Positions 1 to 11,226 of a DNA stretch of 64,000 nt are shown piece by piece. Position 1 is the stretch's first letter. Every line of letters begins with the position of its first letter. The notes under the pieces are model-generated. The model had not been told where the DNA came from, ran no database searches, and saw only the letters and a program-made list of their open reading frames with translations. A program made the translations under genes and the position numbers. The stretch is from Azolla caroliniana (Eukaryota > Plantae > Polypodiophyta). The stretch is from the NCBI GenBank assembly GCA_043228905.1, contig JBHGNT010000004.1, positions 8,556,001 through 8,620,000 on the forward strand. The letters are read 5' to 3'.

Positions 1-1583
1 TGTGCACACATAGGTGATTAATTGTGCATATGCAAAATAAAAAGCAAAAGAAAGGGTGGAAAGGAGGTATAGAAGCTCGTGCAAAAAGTAAGAGAGGGAG
101 AGATAAAAGGTAGAGGGGAGACAGGCTATGAATTTATAGAGATAGAATTATATATTGTATAAGAGAGAGTTAGTGGGCTAGTGGATAGTCACATTGACTA
201 CTAGTTAGAGGTGCATTGTTCAAATCTACTCTTAAAGTGTAGCGTGATTTAAGGAATTTTATTCCTTTTTCATTGAAGACAAAATTGGCGACCCCCCTTC
301 CTTTTTTTCCTATAAAAGGAGGTCGAGGGGGGCTCATTCGGGAGGACGTTTTGGGGAGGAGGAGACTATCGCCAATTTTCCTTTGAAGCTCTTCATCTTC
401 TTATTCACCACTTCTCTTCATCTCATACCCCTTCATCCCCCCCATCACCACGTGTTCGTCTTCTTCGCGTTGGCACTCGAAGTGCTCGTGAGCCCAAGCT
501 TCGTTGGTTCGATGTTGCTCCGCCCCGTTCGTTGTTGTGAGCCTGTGTGCTCGTCGTTTGGGAGGTGGTGGTTCGTTGGGATTGGCATTTTGGTGGTGCT
601 CGTGTGTTCATCTTCACCGTATTCGGATTTTCTTTTGTCTCTAAGGGCATTTAATATTTATGTTTTGATTGAGCTTGTGGTTAACTATAAGTTGCCATTT
701 TAAACAAAACCCTATTTTATAAAGGGTCCTCTTGCATTGGAATCGAACACATATTTATCTCTTTGGTCGATATCATTCGTGTTTCTTTCTCTCCTTCTTT
801 CTTTATTCGTGTCTTCCTTGTATGTTTGGCCGTCTTGTGACGAGGGAGCGTTTCGGGCGTGCCCATGCACCTCTCCTCCTCATAGAGAGGTACGAGCATT
901 TGTTCGTGTGTTTGTGTCTTCCGTGTACGTTCGGCCGTCTTGTGACGAGGGGACCGTTCGGGCTTGCCCATGCACCTCTCCTCCTCATAAAGGCGTACGA
1001 GCATTTGTGCGTGTGTTTGTGTCTTCCGTGTACGTTCGGCTGTCTTGTGACGAGGGGACCATTCGGGCTTGCCCATGCACCTCTCCTCCTCATAAAGGCG
1101 TACGAGCATTTGTGCATGTGTTTGTGTCTTTCTTGTACGTTTGGCCGTCTTGTGACGAGGGGACCGTTCGGGCTTTCCCATGCACCTCTCCTCCTCATAA
1201 AGGCATACGAGCATTTGGTGCGTGTGTTTGTGTCTTCCTTGTACGTTCGGTCGTCTCGTGACGAGGGAGCGTTCGGGCTTGCCCATGTACCCCTCCTCCT
1301 CATAAAGACGTACGGACATTCGTGTTTGTGTTATCGTCCCCTTGTGCGTTCATGTTGCGTGCTCATCTTGCTTGTACCCGTTTGGTCACTTGGCTCATGC
1401 GGTGATCTCGAAAGGTCGACGAGTCGTGATCAACGAGAGCCACCGACCTCACAAAACAAAGGGCAACGAGACCTTGCTCGGGAAGGGGTCGGGAAGTAGT
1501 ATTGTTGTAAAGCAAACCTCGGGTCTTCTCTATCCCTTGAGTACTCCCTAGTCCAAGACCCACGTGGTCCCGCCCAAGTAACA
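1..1583 (+). mobile_element. LTR X: 3' or solo LTR of a Ty3/Gypsy element inserted into pol of element A; its 5' end probably lies outside the window
   Basis: TATA box 'cctataaaagg' at ~309-319 is followed by a CT-rich tract. It ends '...ccctagtccaagacccacgtggtcccgcccaagtaaCA' at 1583, carrying the U5 motif seen at other Gypsy LTR ends here. No PBS follows, and Gypsy pol sequence resumes at 1584. Confidence 0.65.
808..1325. repeat. Tandem repeat, 105-bp unit, ~5 copies, inside LTR X
   Basis: 'cttgtgacgaggg' recurs at 834, 939, 1044 and 1149, with a variant at 1255. The ORF track shows a 35-aa periodicity in several frames. Confidence 0.95.
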
Positions 1584-1584
1584 C

Positions 1585-4174
1585 ATGTGCGCGAAACTTC
1601 GCGACACCGACATTAGCGACCAGGAGAAGAAACGGGCGGAGGGACGTCTTAGGGTGTGCAGAGTCCTGGGCCCCGACGATAAGATTGGTGGAGCCGTGGA
1701 GGCGGTCTCTTTCGACGACAGCTTGGGGGAATTAAATAAGGTGTTCGAAGAAGGCCTCAACGAAGACCAGATGATTCCGGTCAGTTTGGAAATGATGTAC
1801 GAAGTCATCGCAGACTTCTGGGAAAAGGTCGAGTGTGATCGGACGGCCCATGTGCATACGAAGTACAAGACTGTGGACCGGAAGGTGAGACCAATCGCGG
1901 CACCCTTGCCGGAGGGCAGTGGGTTATGAATGAAAGGGGTTGCGTTAGACCCAAGTTTACGAGATCCGGTCGGCATAGGACACCGGTTCATCGACATAAT
2001 GCTACGGGAGCTCAAGGTCGGTGGGGGTGGCTTTCTACTACCGGCGGAGGAGGACCGGTTTCGGGGAATGCTCGAAAGGCACGGGAGGGCCTTCGCATTC
2101 ACGCCAGGGGAGATCGGATGCGTAGACCCGAGAATCGTGGAACCAATGGTGATCTTCACGGTACCGCATGTGCCGTGGAATCTCAAGCTGATTCCGGTGC
2201 CCAGAGCTCACATCCCGAAGTTGATGGAGCTACTGAAGCGAAAGGTGGAGATGGGCATTCTCGAACCGTCGAGTGCTCCGTACTCTAATCGGTGGTTTAC
2301 CGTGCCAAAGAAGAATGGCGCGTTGCGCTTTATTCAGGGCCTGCAGCCGATCAACAAGGTGACTATTCGGAACATAGGAATTAGACAAACCATTGACGAG
2401 TTCGTGGAGGCCTTCGCCGGAAGGTCGATTTACTCAGTCGGGGATATGTACTCAGGGTATGACCAGTTCCAACTAGCCGTGGAGAGCAGGGATATCACGG
2501 CGATGCAGACTCGTCTTGGCTTAGCGCAGATGTGTACCTTGCCGCAAGGAGGGACAAACTCGGTGGCAAACATGGTGAATGCAATGAACAAAGTGCTGAG
2601 GGACCGCATCCCAAACATCACCATGCCATTCTTGGATGACATCCCGATCAAAGGATGTCCGGAGGAAGATAAAGATGGATCGGTCGGGCCGGACGGATGC
2701 CGGAGATTCGTCGCGAACCACATCGGCGACTGTGAGAAGGTGCTGCAAAGACTTGAGAATGCGCGACTCACCTTCTTCGGAGAGAAGTCAACTTTCGGGC
2801 AGTCGGAGCTCCTAGTAGTCGGGCACTTATGCGGGCCTTACGACCAGAAACCATCTCTGGCAAAGGTAGAAGCCATCTCCGCGATGAAGGAAGAATGCAA
2901 GTCGATTACTGAGGTACGAAGGTTCCTGGGTGCGTGCACGTTCTATCACATTTGGATTTCGGATTACACGCATGTTGTGGAGGCGCTCTACGTGTTGCTG
3001 AAGAAGGGGCGTAAATTCGAGTGGGGCGAGGAGCATGCAGAGTCAGTTGGTAGACTGAAGGAGGTGCTAACCGCGACACCGGCACTCCGGAAAGCGGTTT
3101 ACGGCAAGGACGTCCCAATTTACGTTATGGTCAACACGAGCCCAACCGGGATAGGATGGGTGGTCAACCAAGAGGATGAGAGTGGAATGAGGTTCCCCAT
3201 CCGGTTCAGAGTGAAAGTGTTCAGGGAGCGGCAACGAGGATACACCCAAGTTAAACGCAAACTCTAGGGTATTGTTTCGGCAGTTAAGGACGATAAAGAC
3301 TACTTGATCGGGACGGAGGTGAAAATCAAGACAGATTGCCTACTGATCCTCGGTATGGTTTCCGGGTGCGCGACGCCGGACCTGGCGATGCTCAGGTGGA
3401 TTGCGTACATCAAGTCCCTGAATCCGGAAATACAGCACATTTATGGGAAAGACAACACCATGACCGACATGCTTTCTAGAGCACAGTTCGACGATGAGGA
3501 CGGCATGGTTTCAGAGGACGAGGAAGTCGGCGTGGACTTCTTCGAGATGTTTTATGTGACGACGAGAAAGGGGGGCACTCTGGCACTTAACGAGTTCGAC
3601 GAGAGCAAGTACGACAGGGAGTGGCTTCAGATCGGTGGGTTCCTGAAAACGATGACGCCGGACGCGGTGTGGACGAAGGAAGAGGCTAACCGGATTCAGA
3701 AGAAAGCGTACCGATTCTTCCTATGGAACGGAAGCATATGGAAGCACCTGAAGAAGTGAGATGGCGTCCCACTCCGGGTAGTGGCGAGGAAGGAGGAGCA
3801 GGAAGCATTGCTGACAGCATACCACGAGAGTCCTTAGGCCGGACATCGGGGGACATGGGTCATGTTCGAGAAGCTGAAGGAGAAGTATTGGTGGCCAGGA
3901 GTGTACCGGGATGTGCATCAGTTCGTAACGACTTGCGAAAGCTGTCAGATGCACTCCATAGTCCAACATCGGGACAAGCTACACCCAACTTACCCGCCGA
4001 CCATCCACTTCAAGTGGATGGTGGATCTGGTGACGATGCCGATGGGGGTAGGGTAGATGCGATACCTGGTGCTAGCACAAGAGGACCTGATGAACCAGGT
4101 GGAAGGCCGAGCGTTATCGAACAAGACGACCACGGCCGTGTGGCGGTTCCTGATTGAGGAGGTGGTGTGCCGGT
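1585..4174 (+). pseudogene. pol: Gypsy A pol, 5' piece: RT, RNase H, integrase N-terminus; several nonsense mutations and a frameshift
   Basis: RT motifs YSNRWFTVPKKNG, DMYSGYDQF, LPQG and FLDDIPIKG. RNase H motif TDCLLILG. Integrase zinc finger (H..GH..CESC). Stops at 1927, 3265, 3757, 3835 and 4054. Confidence 0.9.
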
Positions 4175-4468
4175 TGTCGAATACATGTGTATAATGGACG
4201 TATTCACACTATCCCGTTTTGGCCATTTATGTAATTAGCATAAAGGGTAGTTGCCCTAAGTCGGTCACTATATATAGTGACCTTGTAACCTTTTTGTAAG
4301 GTTGGGGTGTTGTATTATTGCTTTATGGAATAAGGAGTCTTTTTGTGCCTCTCTGTCTCTCTCCCTCTCTCTCTCTCTGTGCAACGACCTACAAACTGTC
4401 ATACGCAGGTATTCAGAACACAATCAAATGCTACTTGATCTTCCGCAAAGACGACTTTGTCTCCAACA
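4175..4468 (+). repeat. 5' LTR of Copia B (294 bp)
   Basis: TGTCGAATAC...CTCCAACA. No difference from 9348-9641 was found by eye. Confidence 0.97.
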
Positions 4469-4470
4469 TC

Positions 4471-4483
4471 TGGTATCAGAGCC
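4471..4483 (+). promoter_or_regulatory. Primer-binding site of B, tRNA-iMet
   Basis: TGGTATCAGAGCC, 2 nt after the LTR end. Confidence 0.95.
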
Positions 4484-5140
4484 TGCACAGTAGTCGGTCC
4501 TTCAATCCGCTGTCGGCCGTCGTCTCAGCATTCGGTTTCCTGCGTCATTCGAAGAAGAGAGAAGAAGAAGAAAAACGAGGCCTGCATCTCATCGCGTTAG
4601 ATCATCTTTGCTTGGAGTAAGCCAGCAGGTTGTACTCCGTTCCTTGTGATCGTAACCGCTCGAGGTGAAATCCCCTTGTGCAACTTTGACACGATCGTGC
4701 TCCATTCGGTTAAACGGCATCCGAAGAGGTCATCAAACGCTGCTCGCCGCTCATTGTAACCACTCAGTGCAGATCGGTCTCAAGACAACAACCCCAATTC
4801 GTGCTTCATCCGGCTGATCGACATTCGAGAGGATCAGTTGGATCCATCTCTCTCGTCGCTGCAGTCACCCGAAGCCGAATCGGTTCAGATAATCGGTTTC
4901 AATAATCGGTATTCGGCATATATATCCGAAGCGAACCGGGCTCACTCCGACTCGGCAACATTCGGGAAGACCAGTCGGTTCTGTCCCTCAAGTTACCGGA
5001 GTCAATTCGAGCAAGTTCCGAAGCCGAACCGACTCGGGTTCAAATCCGACTAGAACGATATCGGGTGAGCCAACTGGCTACACTCCAACAAGGTTCGTAG
5101 TCAACTCCGAACCGAGCTTCGTCAACCAAAACCGAACTTG

Positions 5141-8100
5141 ATGACATCAACATCCGGCTCGTCAGAAATGAGTCTACGAAAGTTCGATGGATCGAACTTC
5201 AACTTCTGGAAGGAACAAATGCAGGACTATCTCATAGTCAAGGGGCAAATCGATCCCATCGAAAATGAAGAACCTCCAGAAGGATACAAACCAATTGAGT
5301 GGCAGAAGTTGGACAGAATTGTCCGCGCCACGATTCGGATGCACCTATCGGAATCGGTATACTTTACGGTGCAATCGTGTACGACAGCATTCGAACTGTG
5401 GAAAACACTGTCGGACACTTACGAAAAGAAGGTCGCCGCAACGAAGATGTTTCTGATCCGGCGCCTCTACAACTTGCGGATGAAAGAATCCGATTCGGTT
5501 CAAGCACACCTCAATGAGTACGAAAGCATAAGCTCCCAAATCTCGTCACAGGGGACGGCAATCGAGGATGAACTCAGAGCAATGATACTCATGAGCAGCC
5601 TTCCCTCATCATGGGAAACTTTCGTCACAACCGTGTGCAACGCGTCAACCACGGCTGTTAAATACTCCGAAGTCACGAGCGCAATCCTGACCGAAGCAGC
5701 TCGGAGAAAGTCTTTCGCCAAAGACTCAACAGACGACGCTTACGTAGTACAAGGTTCGACAGACCGATCGAACATACGAGGAAGAGATTCCTCACGGCCG
5801 CCGAACAATCAGCGAAGACGGAGCCAGTCACGGGATAACCGAATCTGCAACTATTGCAAGAAACCCGGACACATCAAAGCCGACTGCCGCGCACTCAAGA
5901 ACAAGAACAACAAGAAGAGTGGCCGGCATGAGGAGATCAATTACGTCAGCTTCTCAGCTGATGTACTACCGGACGACCCGAATATACTATCAATCGAAAA
6001 TCCAGTCGGATCAGAAGTTCTACTCACGACTGAAGAATCGAGCACATGGCTCTTAGATTCGGGCGCGTCATTTCACGTGACTCCTCATCGATCCCAATTT
6101 CGGCAATATACGATCCGTCACTCCGACTCAGTTCGAGTCGGCAACTCACAACACTGTGACATCATCGGAATCGGCACAGTAGAGCTCAACCTTGCAGGTG
6201 GCTCTACACTTGTACTCCACAATGTCCGACATGTACCCGAGCTCTCAAGGCCATTGATCTCAGTCGGACAACTAGATGAAGACGGCATTCGTGCCGGTTT
6301 TTCTTCGGGAGGGTGGACACTCCACAGGGGGAACCTCCTGCTTGCTAGAGGACCCAAGATACACTCCCTGTATCCGTTACATGTTACGCTCAGAGAGGGT
6401 AACCTGTTTTTGGTGGATATTCCTGTGTCATCACTATGGCACCGAAGATTAGGACACCTCAGCAAGGCCGGCATCACGCACCTATCTAGAGCCGGATACA
6501 TCCCCAAACTCTCCTTCTCGGACCATCAATTCTGCGAGCATTGCCAGTATGGCAAACAAGCAGCCGCATCACACCCGACATCAGCACCAAGAGAAACGAG
6601 ACCTCTTGATTTGGTCCACTCGGACGTCTGTGGCCCAATGCCGCATCAGTCTCTCGGCGGTGCCTCTTACTTCGTCACTTTTATTGACGATTCAACTCGA
6701 AAGGTGTGGGCTTATCCAATTCGCACCAAAGATCGGGTCTTCTCGATCTTCACCGATTGGCTCGCTATGGTAGAAAATCAAACCGACCGAAAGCTGAAAT
6801 GCTTTCGGACAGACAATGGGGGAGAGTTTAAATCCGAAGAATTCGTCAAATTCTGCCGACAACGCGGCATCCGACGTGAATTTACGGCACCACACAGTCC
6901 GGAGCAAAACGGGATTGCCGAACGCATGAATCGGACAATCCAAGAACGGACAGTTTCCATGCTCCAACACTCCGGACTGTCGGATGGCTTCTGGGCAGAG
7001 GCTCTACTCACGGCAGTACACATAATCAATATGTCGCCAAGTAGACCTCTAGGACTTCAAATTCCTCAGGAACTATGGATCGGCAGTAAGCCGAATTACG
7101 ACAAGCTGAGGATCTTCGGATGCGAGGCGTACGCCCTTATTCCGAAAGATGATCGCCGAAAACTTGCACCTCGGTCCAGGAAATGCATTTTCCTTGGATA
7201 TGGATCCGACGGCGAAATGGGATACCGACTCTGGGACCCCGAACGCAGACAAATCGTTCGAAGTTCGGACGTTGTGTTCAACGAGTCGGCTATGAATCCA
7301 TCAGTCGAAAAACCGATCGAAGTCCGAAGGGTAACATTTTCCGATGTGCCGACCCTTCAAGAAGGCCCCGCTCTCAACACACGGTCAGCTTCACGGGTAG
7401 CTGAACGTTACACTACCGACTCGGACGACCCCGACTCGGCACAGCAGAACAATCCGCTTTCGGACCATCCGACCTCGATACCCGATGCGACCAGTCCAAT
7501 CATACCTCGACGATCCGAGAGACTGTCGCAACCTCCGGAGAGGTATTCTCCTGGAATTTTCTTCACCGACGCCGGCGAACCGACGTCTTACGAAGAAGCA
7601 TCGACATCTGTCGATTCCGCCACCTGGCATCTGGCGATGGAGTCGGAAATGCACTCCATTCGGGCAAACAAGACTTGGGATCTGGTTGAATTACCTAGGA
7701 ACCGACGTGCTCTTCCTTGCAAGTGGGTTTATCGACTAAAAGAGACGTCTGATTCGACCACCCCAAAGTACAAGGCCAGATTAGTTGCGAAGGGCTTCCG
7801 ACAAGAATATGGCGTCGACTTCGACGAGATTTTTTCACCAGTGGTGAAAATGACAACCCTCCGTTTTCTACTCGGCGTAGTGGCAGCCGACAACTTGGAG
7901 CTAATTCAGCTAGATGTCAAAACAACATTCCTCCATGGTGATCTTGACGAGGAAATTTATATGGAGCAGCCAAAAGGCTTCGTGGCGACTGGCCAAGAAC
8001 ATCTAGTTTGCCGACTCAGGAAGAGTCTATACGGCCTCAAACAGGCACCGCGACAATGGTACAAGAAGTTCGACGACTTCATCCAATCGATCGGCTTCTC

Positions 8101-9154
8101 AAAAAGCGATGAGGACCATTGTCTTTTCACCAACACAGCTCAAGATGGATCACCCATCTTCCTCATCATTTATGTGGACGACATGCTAATTTCTGGACGC
8201 CACGCGGGCGAACTTGCCGATCTCATTCGGCAACTGCGGTTGAAGTTTGCCATGAAGGACCTCGGTCCGGCACGACACATCCTTGGCATGAAGATTAGTC
8301 GGCATCGCGATAAACGACATCTTTTTTTGTCTCAGACCGACTATACCCGACGTGTCTTAGAACGCTTCAACATGCAATCAGCCAAATATGCTTCAACCCC
8401 GCTCCCCATGAATCTTCGGCTCTCTCAGCGAGACTGCCCGACATCCAGTCCGGAGGGGGAAGATATGAAGTCGGTACCGTATGCACCGGCAGTCGGCTCC
8501 CTTATGTACCTGATGGTCGCGACACGACCTGATATTTCTCACGCCGTAGGAGTCGTTAGCAGATTTATGCACAATCCTGGCCGATCGCATTGGAACGCAG
8601 TCAAGCATGTGTTCAGATATCTGGCTGGCACAAAAGACCACGGCATTCTTTTCGGTCCGAACCGAACCTCAGGCGTAGTCGGTTACACCGACTCGGACTT
8701 CGCCGGCTGTATAGACAGTCGGAAATCAACAACCGGATACTGCTTCAAATTCGGCAATGGAGCAATCTCGTGGAAGTCGAAACTTCAGGAGTGCACAGCG
8801 ACTTCAACGACCGAAGCAGAATATGTAGCTGCGTCCGACGCAGCAAAAGAAGCTTTGTGGCTCGGTCGGCTGGCGCACACGTTTCGACAAGTCGACCATG
8901 ACTCGGCTCCAGTTGTCTACATCGACAGTCAAGGTGCTGTTGCCTTGTCGAAAAATCCGGTTCACCACAACGCCTCCAAACATATCGACGTTCGATATCA
9001 CTTCGTTCGGGACTGCGTCATTTCAGGGAAAATCGGTCTAGAGAAAATATCCACAACCGACAATGTCGCAGATGGAATGACCAAATGTCTTTCGGCAGAC
9101 CGTTTTCGGTCTCTTCGGCATCAGATGGGCGTAACGACAAACCAGTCCGGTTAG
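5141..9154 (+). CDS. gag-pol: Copia Gag-Pol polyprotein (gag/zinc knuckle, protease, integrase, RT, RNase H), 1337 aa from the first ATG
   Basis: CNYCKKPGHIKADC knuckle; WLLDSGAS protease; WHRRLGH..CEHC; integrase core HSDVCGP, RTDNGGEF and QNGIAER; RT motifs KARLVAKGF, QLDVKT and YVDDML; RNase H motifs YTDSDF, EAEY and ADGMTK. No internal stops. Confidence 0.97.
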   Translation: MTSTSGSSEMSLRKFDGSNFNFWKEQMQDYLIVKGQIDPIENEEPPEGYKPIEWQKLDRIVRATIRMHLSESVYFTVQSCTTAFELWKTLSDTYEKKVAATKMFLIRRLYNLRMKESDSVQAHLNEYESISSQISSQGTAIEDELRAMILMSSLPSSWETFVTTVCNASTTAVKYSEVTSAILTEAARRKSFAKDSTDDAYVVQGSTDRSNIRGRDSSRPPNNQRRRSQSRDNRICNYCKKPGHIKADCRALKNKNNKKSGRHEEINYVSFSADVLPDDPNILSIENPVGSEVLLTTEESSTWLLDSGASFHVTPHRSQFRQYTIRHSDSVRVGNSQHCDIIGIGTVELNLAGGSTLVLHNVRHVPELSRPLISVGQLDEDGIRAGFSSGGWTLHRGNLLLARGPKIHSLYPLHVTLREGNLFLVDIPVSSLWHRRLGHLSKAGITHLSRAGYIPKLSFSDHQFCEHCQYGKQAAASHPTSAPRETRPLDLVHSDVCGPMPHQSLGGASYFVTFIDDSTRKVWAYPIRTKDRVFSIFTDWLAMVENQTDRKLKCFRTDNGGEFKSEEFVKFCRQRGIRREFTAPHSPEQNGIAERMNRTIQERTVSMLQHSGLSDGFWAEALLTAVHIINMSPSRPLGLQIPQELWIGSKPNYDKLRIFGCEAYALIPKDDRRKLAPRSRKCIFLGYGSDGEMGYRLWDPERRQIVRSSDVVFNESAMNPSVEKPIEVRRVTFSDVPTLQEGPALNTRSASRVAERYTTDSDDPDSAQQNNPLSDHPTSIPDATSPIIPRRSERLSQPPERYSPGIFFTDAGEPTSYEEASTSVDSATWHLAMESEMHSIRANKTWDLVELPRNRRALPCKWVYRLKETSDSTTPKYKARLVAKGFRQEYGVDFDEIFSPVVKMTTLRFLLGVVAADNLELIQLDVKTTFLHGDLDEEIYMEQPKGFVATGQEHLVCRLRKSLYGLKQAPRQWYKKFDDFIQSIGFSKSDEDHCLFTNTAQDGSPIFLIIYVDDMLISGRHAGELADLIRQLRLKFAMKDLGPARHILGMKISRHRDKRHLFLSQTDYTRRVLERFNMQSAKYASTPLPMNLRLSQRDCPTSSPEGEDMKSVPYAPAVGSLMYLMVATRPDISHAVGVVSRFMHNPGRSHWNAVKHVFRYLAGTKDHGILFGPNRTSGVVGYTDSDFAGCIDSRKSTTGYCFKFGNGAISWKSKLQECTATSTTEAEYVAASDAAKEALWLGRLAHTFRQVDHDSAPVVYIDSQGAVALSKNPVHHNASKHIDVRYHFVRDCVISGKIGLEKISTTDNVADGMTKCLSADRFRSLRHQMGVTTNQSG

Positions 9155-9340
9155 AGCCGGACACAGAGCAGGATGGTTCCCGACAACCGACATCAGTTCC
9201 TTAATGATCGGCTTCAATTGTTCCGACCCGACCAGTTCGGTCTTCTGCCTTCGGACCCTGCCGACTCGAACAAAGCTTATATGTCCGAGAACCTAAGTCT
9301 ATACCTGTAATCTTAGATAACCCATGTATACGCCCATTAC

Positions 9341-9347
9341 GGGGGAG
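9341..9347 (+). promoter_or_regulatory. Polypurine tract of B
   Basis: GGGGGAG directly precedes the 3' LTR TG. Confidence 0.9.
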
Positions 9348-9641
9348 TGTCGAATACATGTGTATAATGGACGTATTCACACTATCCCGTTTTGGCCATT
9401 TATGTAATTAGCATAAAGGGTAGTTGCCCTAAGTCGGTCACTATATATAGTGACCTTGTAACCTTTTTGTAAGGTTGGGGTGTTGTATTATTGCTTTATG
9501 GAATAAGGAGTCTTTTTGTGCCTCTCTGTCTCTCTCCCTCTCTCTCTCTCTGTGCAACGACCTACAAACTGTCATACGCAGGTATTCAGAACACAATCAA
9601 ATGCTACTTGATCTTCCGCAAAGACGACTTTGTCTCCAACA
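9348..9641 (+). repeat. 3' LTR of Copia B (294 bp)
   Basis: Direct repeat of 4175-4468, followed by the TSD CCGGT. Confidence 0.97.
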
Positions 9642-9646
9642 CCGGT

Positions 9647-10431
9647 ACGGGTGCGTAGGGAAGATCGTGGCAGATCGGGGGGAGCTGGACTCGCAGGAAG
9701 CCGAAGAGCTGTTTGACTGATTAGGGTTCAAGCTCTCCCTCACTACAACGTACAACCCAGAGGAGAATGGGGAGGTAGAACGAGGGCACGACCCAATCGT
9801 GAAGGCGTTGGTGCGAGTGTGTGAAGGGCAGGTCGGGAATTGGCCGCGACTTCTACCTTACGCGCTGTGGGCGGACCGGACTAGGTACAGCTCGGTGACC
9901 GGGTTCATGTCGACAGAGTTGATGTACGGGCCAAACCCGATTATGCCGGTGGAGCGGGCAATCACTTCGTGGACCGCGATGGATTGGAGGAACGAAATGA
10001 GCCGGGAAGAGCTGTTGGCGGTGCGGATTCGACAGCTTGAACGAAGACCAGAGGACATAGAGCGAGCAAGGGAGAAGCTACGCATGGCGCGAGAAAGGAA
10101 CAAGGGCCGGTTCGACTGGACACATTGGCTCTGGCCGAAGAAGATTGAAGAAGGAGATTGGGTGCTGGTATACGACAACAACCTCGACAATCAGCACAAA
10201 GTAGTGCAAAAATTTGCAAAGAGATGGTTCGGGCCCTACGCCGTGACGAGCGCTAACGACAATGGAACGTACCATCTCGCAGAGGTTGACCGGACGCGGA
10301 TAGCTGTGCCAGTAGTAGGGAAGAGGATCAAAGTATTTAAGAAGCGGCATGAGGACGAACTAGACCCGGCAAGCCCAGACGATGGTGAAGGCTGCACCAG
10401 CATGGACAACGACTCGGAGAATGAAGGGTGA
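9647..10431 (+). pseudogene. pol: Gypsy A integrase core and C-terminus (GPY-type end, acidic tail, no chromodomain)
   Basis: YGCVGKIVADRGE, YNPEENGEVER, WPRLLPYALWADRT and RWFGPY motifs. Stop at 9718 (CGA>TGA). Confidence 0.9.
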
Positions 10432-10504
10432 TTACGGGCCGGTCTTCTCCGGAAATTGCTGTATCTGGCACATACCGGAGGACGTGCGGTTTGGTGGGGG
10501 TGGA

Positions 10505-11226
10505 TGTCATGGAGAAAACCGCCCCTAGGAGGAATCAGGGAAATATGCGCAAGAATTGGCCCTTATGTGTGGGTACGCTATTAAATACTTGTACATACTT
10601 AGGAGCAATTCGGTTGATGTGAAGATACTAGGTAGTACGCATTTATTGTTTAGGAAATCGTAGTGTATCTTTGTCCGAGGTGACAGGGAATAAAGATGAT
10701 GTAACCAGGGTATAACGGTCTGTCCCCGGGAGCCTATAAAAGGGAGGGGAGAAGGGTGAGAGGGGATCGCGTTTTGGGCAAGGATGAGGTGTTTTCGGAC
10801 TGGGAACCGAGTTCTCTCCTCCTCTTTCGTTGTGCTCTGCAGGGTTCTGTGTTGGTTGTCTCTGCTTCGAGGAAAGCCGTGTGCCTTCCGGCAAGGCTCT
10901 ACTGTGTGTGTGCGTGGGTGTGTGTGACTGTCTAGGTTGGGTTTGTCGCCGGCTAGCCGGCTGTAATCCTGCAAACACTATAATCGTTACTGATATAGTA
11001 ATTGAATCTCCTATCTTTCGTCTATATGTGTTCTTGTGAGTCTCGCTTTTCTTTTCCTTTCCACGAGTGTGCTTCTTGTTCAATCGGTATACGCGTTGGC
11101 AGTTCATTCAGCCGACAAACACTGTCAGTTGCGACAGGCCTAACAGGCCCTACGCTTGCGTGCTTCCCCCTTCCTCTTCTTTCTCTTGCTCCTCGGTTCA
11201 GGGCCCCCGCGGTCCCGCGATCCTTC
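10505..11226 (+). repeat. 3' LTR of Gypsy A, truncated near its 3' end
   Basis: Starts TGTCATGGAG after the PPT. It is homologous to the LTRs of L (TATA 'gcctataaaaggg', U5 motif at 11191-11218). No terminal CA or TSD is found; it runs straight into Copia D gag. Confidence 0.8.

Larger units (their letters stand above)
4175..9641 (+). mobile_element. Intact Ty1/Copia LTR retrotransposon B (Tork/Tnt1-like)
   Basis: 294-bp TG..CA LTRs at 4175-4468 and 9348-9641. The 5-bp TSD CCGGT lies at 4170-4174 and 9642-9646. It has a Met PBS, a PPT and a single uninterrupted polyprotein ORF. Confidence 0.98.
1584..11226 (+). mobile_element. Ty3/Gypsy LTR retrotransposon A (non-chromovirus, related to L), interrupted by Copia B; 5' part outside the window, 3' LTR truncated
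   Basis: Domain order is RT-RH-IN. The PPT 'ggtgggggtgga' precedes TGTCATGG at 10505. The reading frame ...VVC|RYGCVGK... is restored when B is removed. Confidence 0.92.

Noticed and set aside
808-1325. CRISPR-like array
   Set aside because: The units are contiguous and similar over their whole length, with no unique spacers and no cas genes, in a eukaryotic context. The same applies to the 55-bp and 54-bp arrays.
717-1499. Overlapping 166-255 aa ORFs with 35-aa repeats
   Set aside because: By-product of a 105-bp tandem repeat that is open in several frames on both strands; no domain signal.
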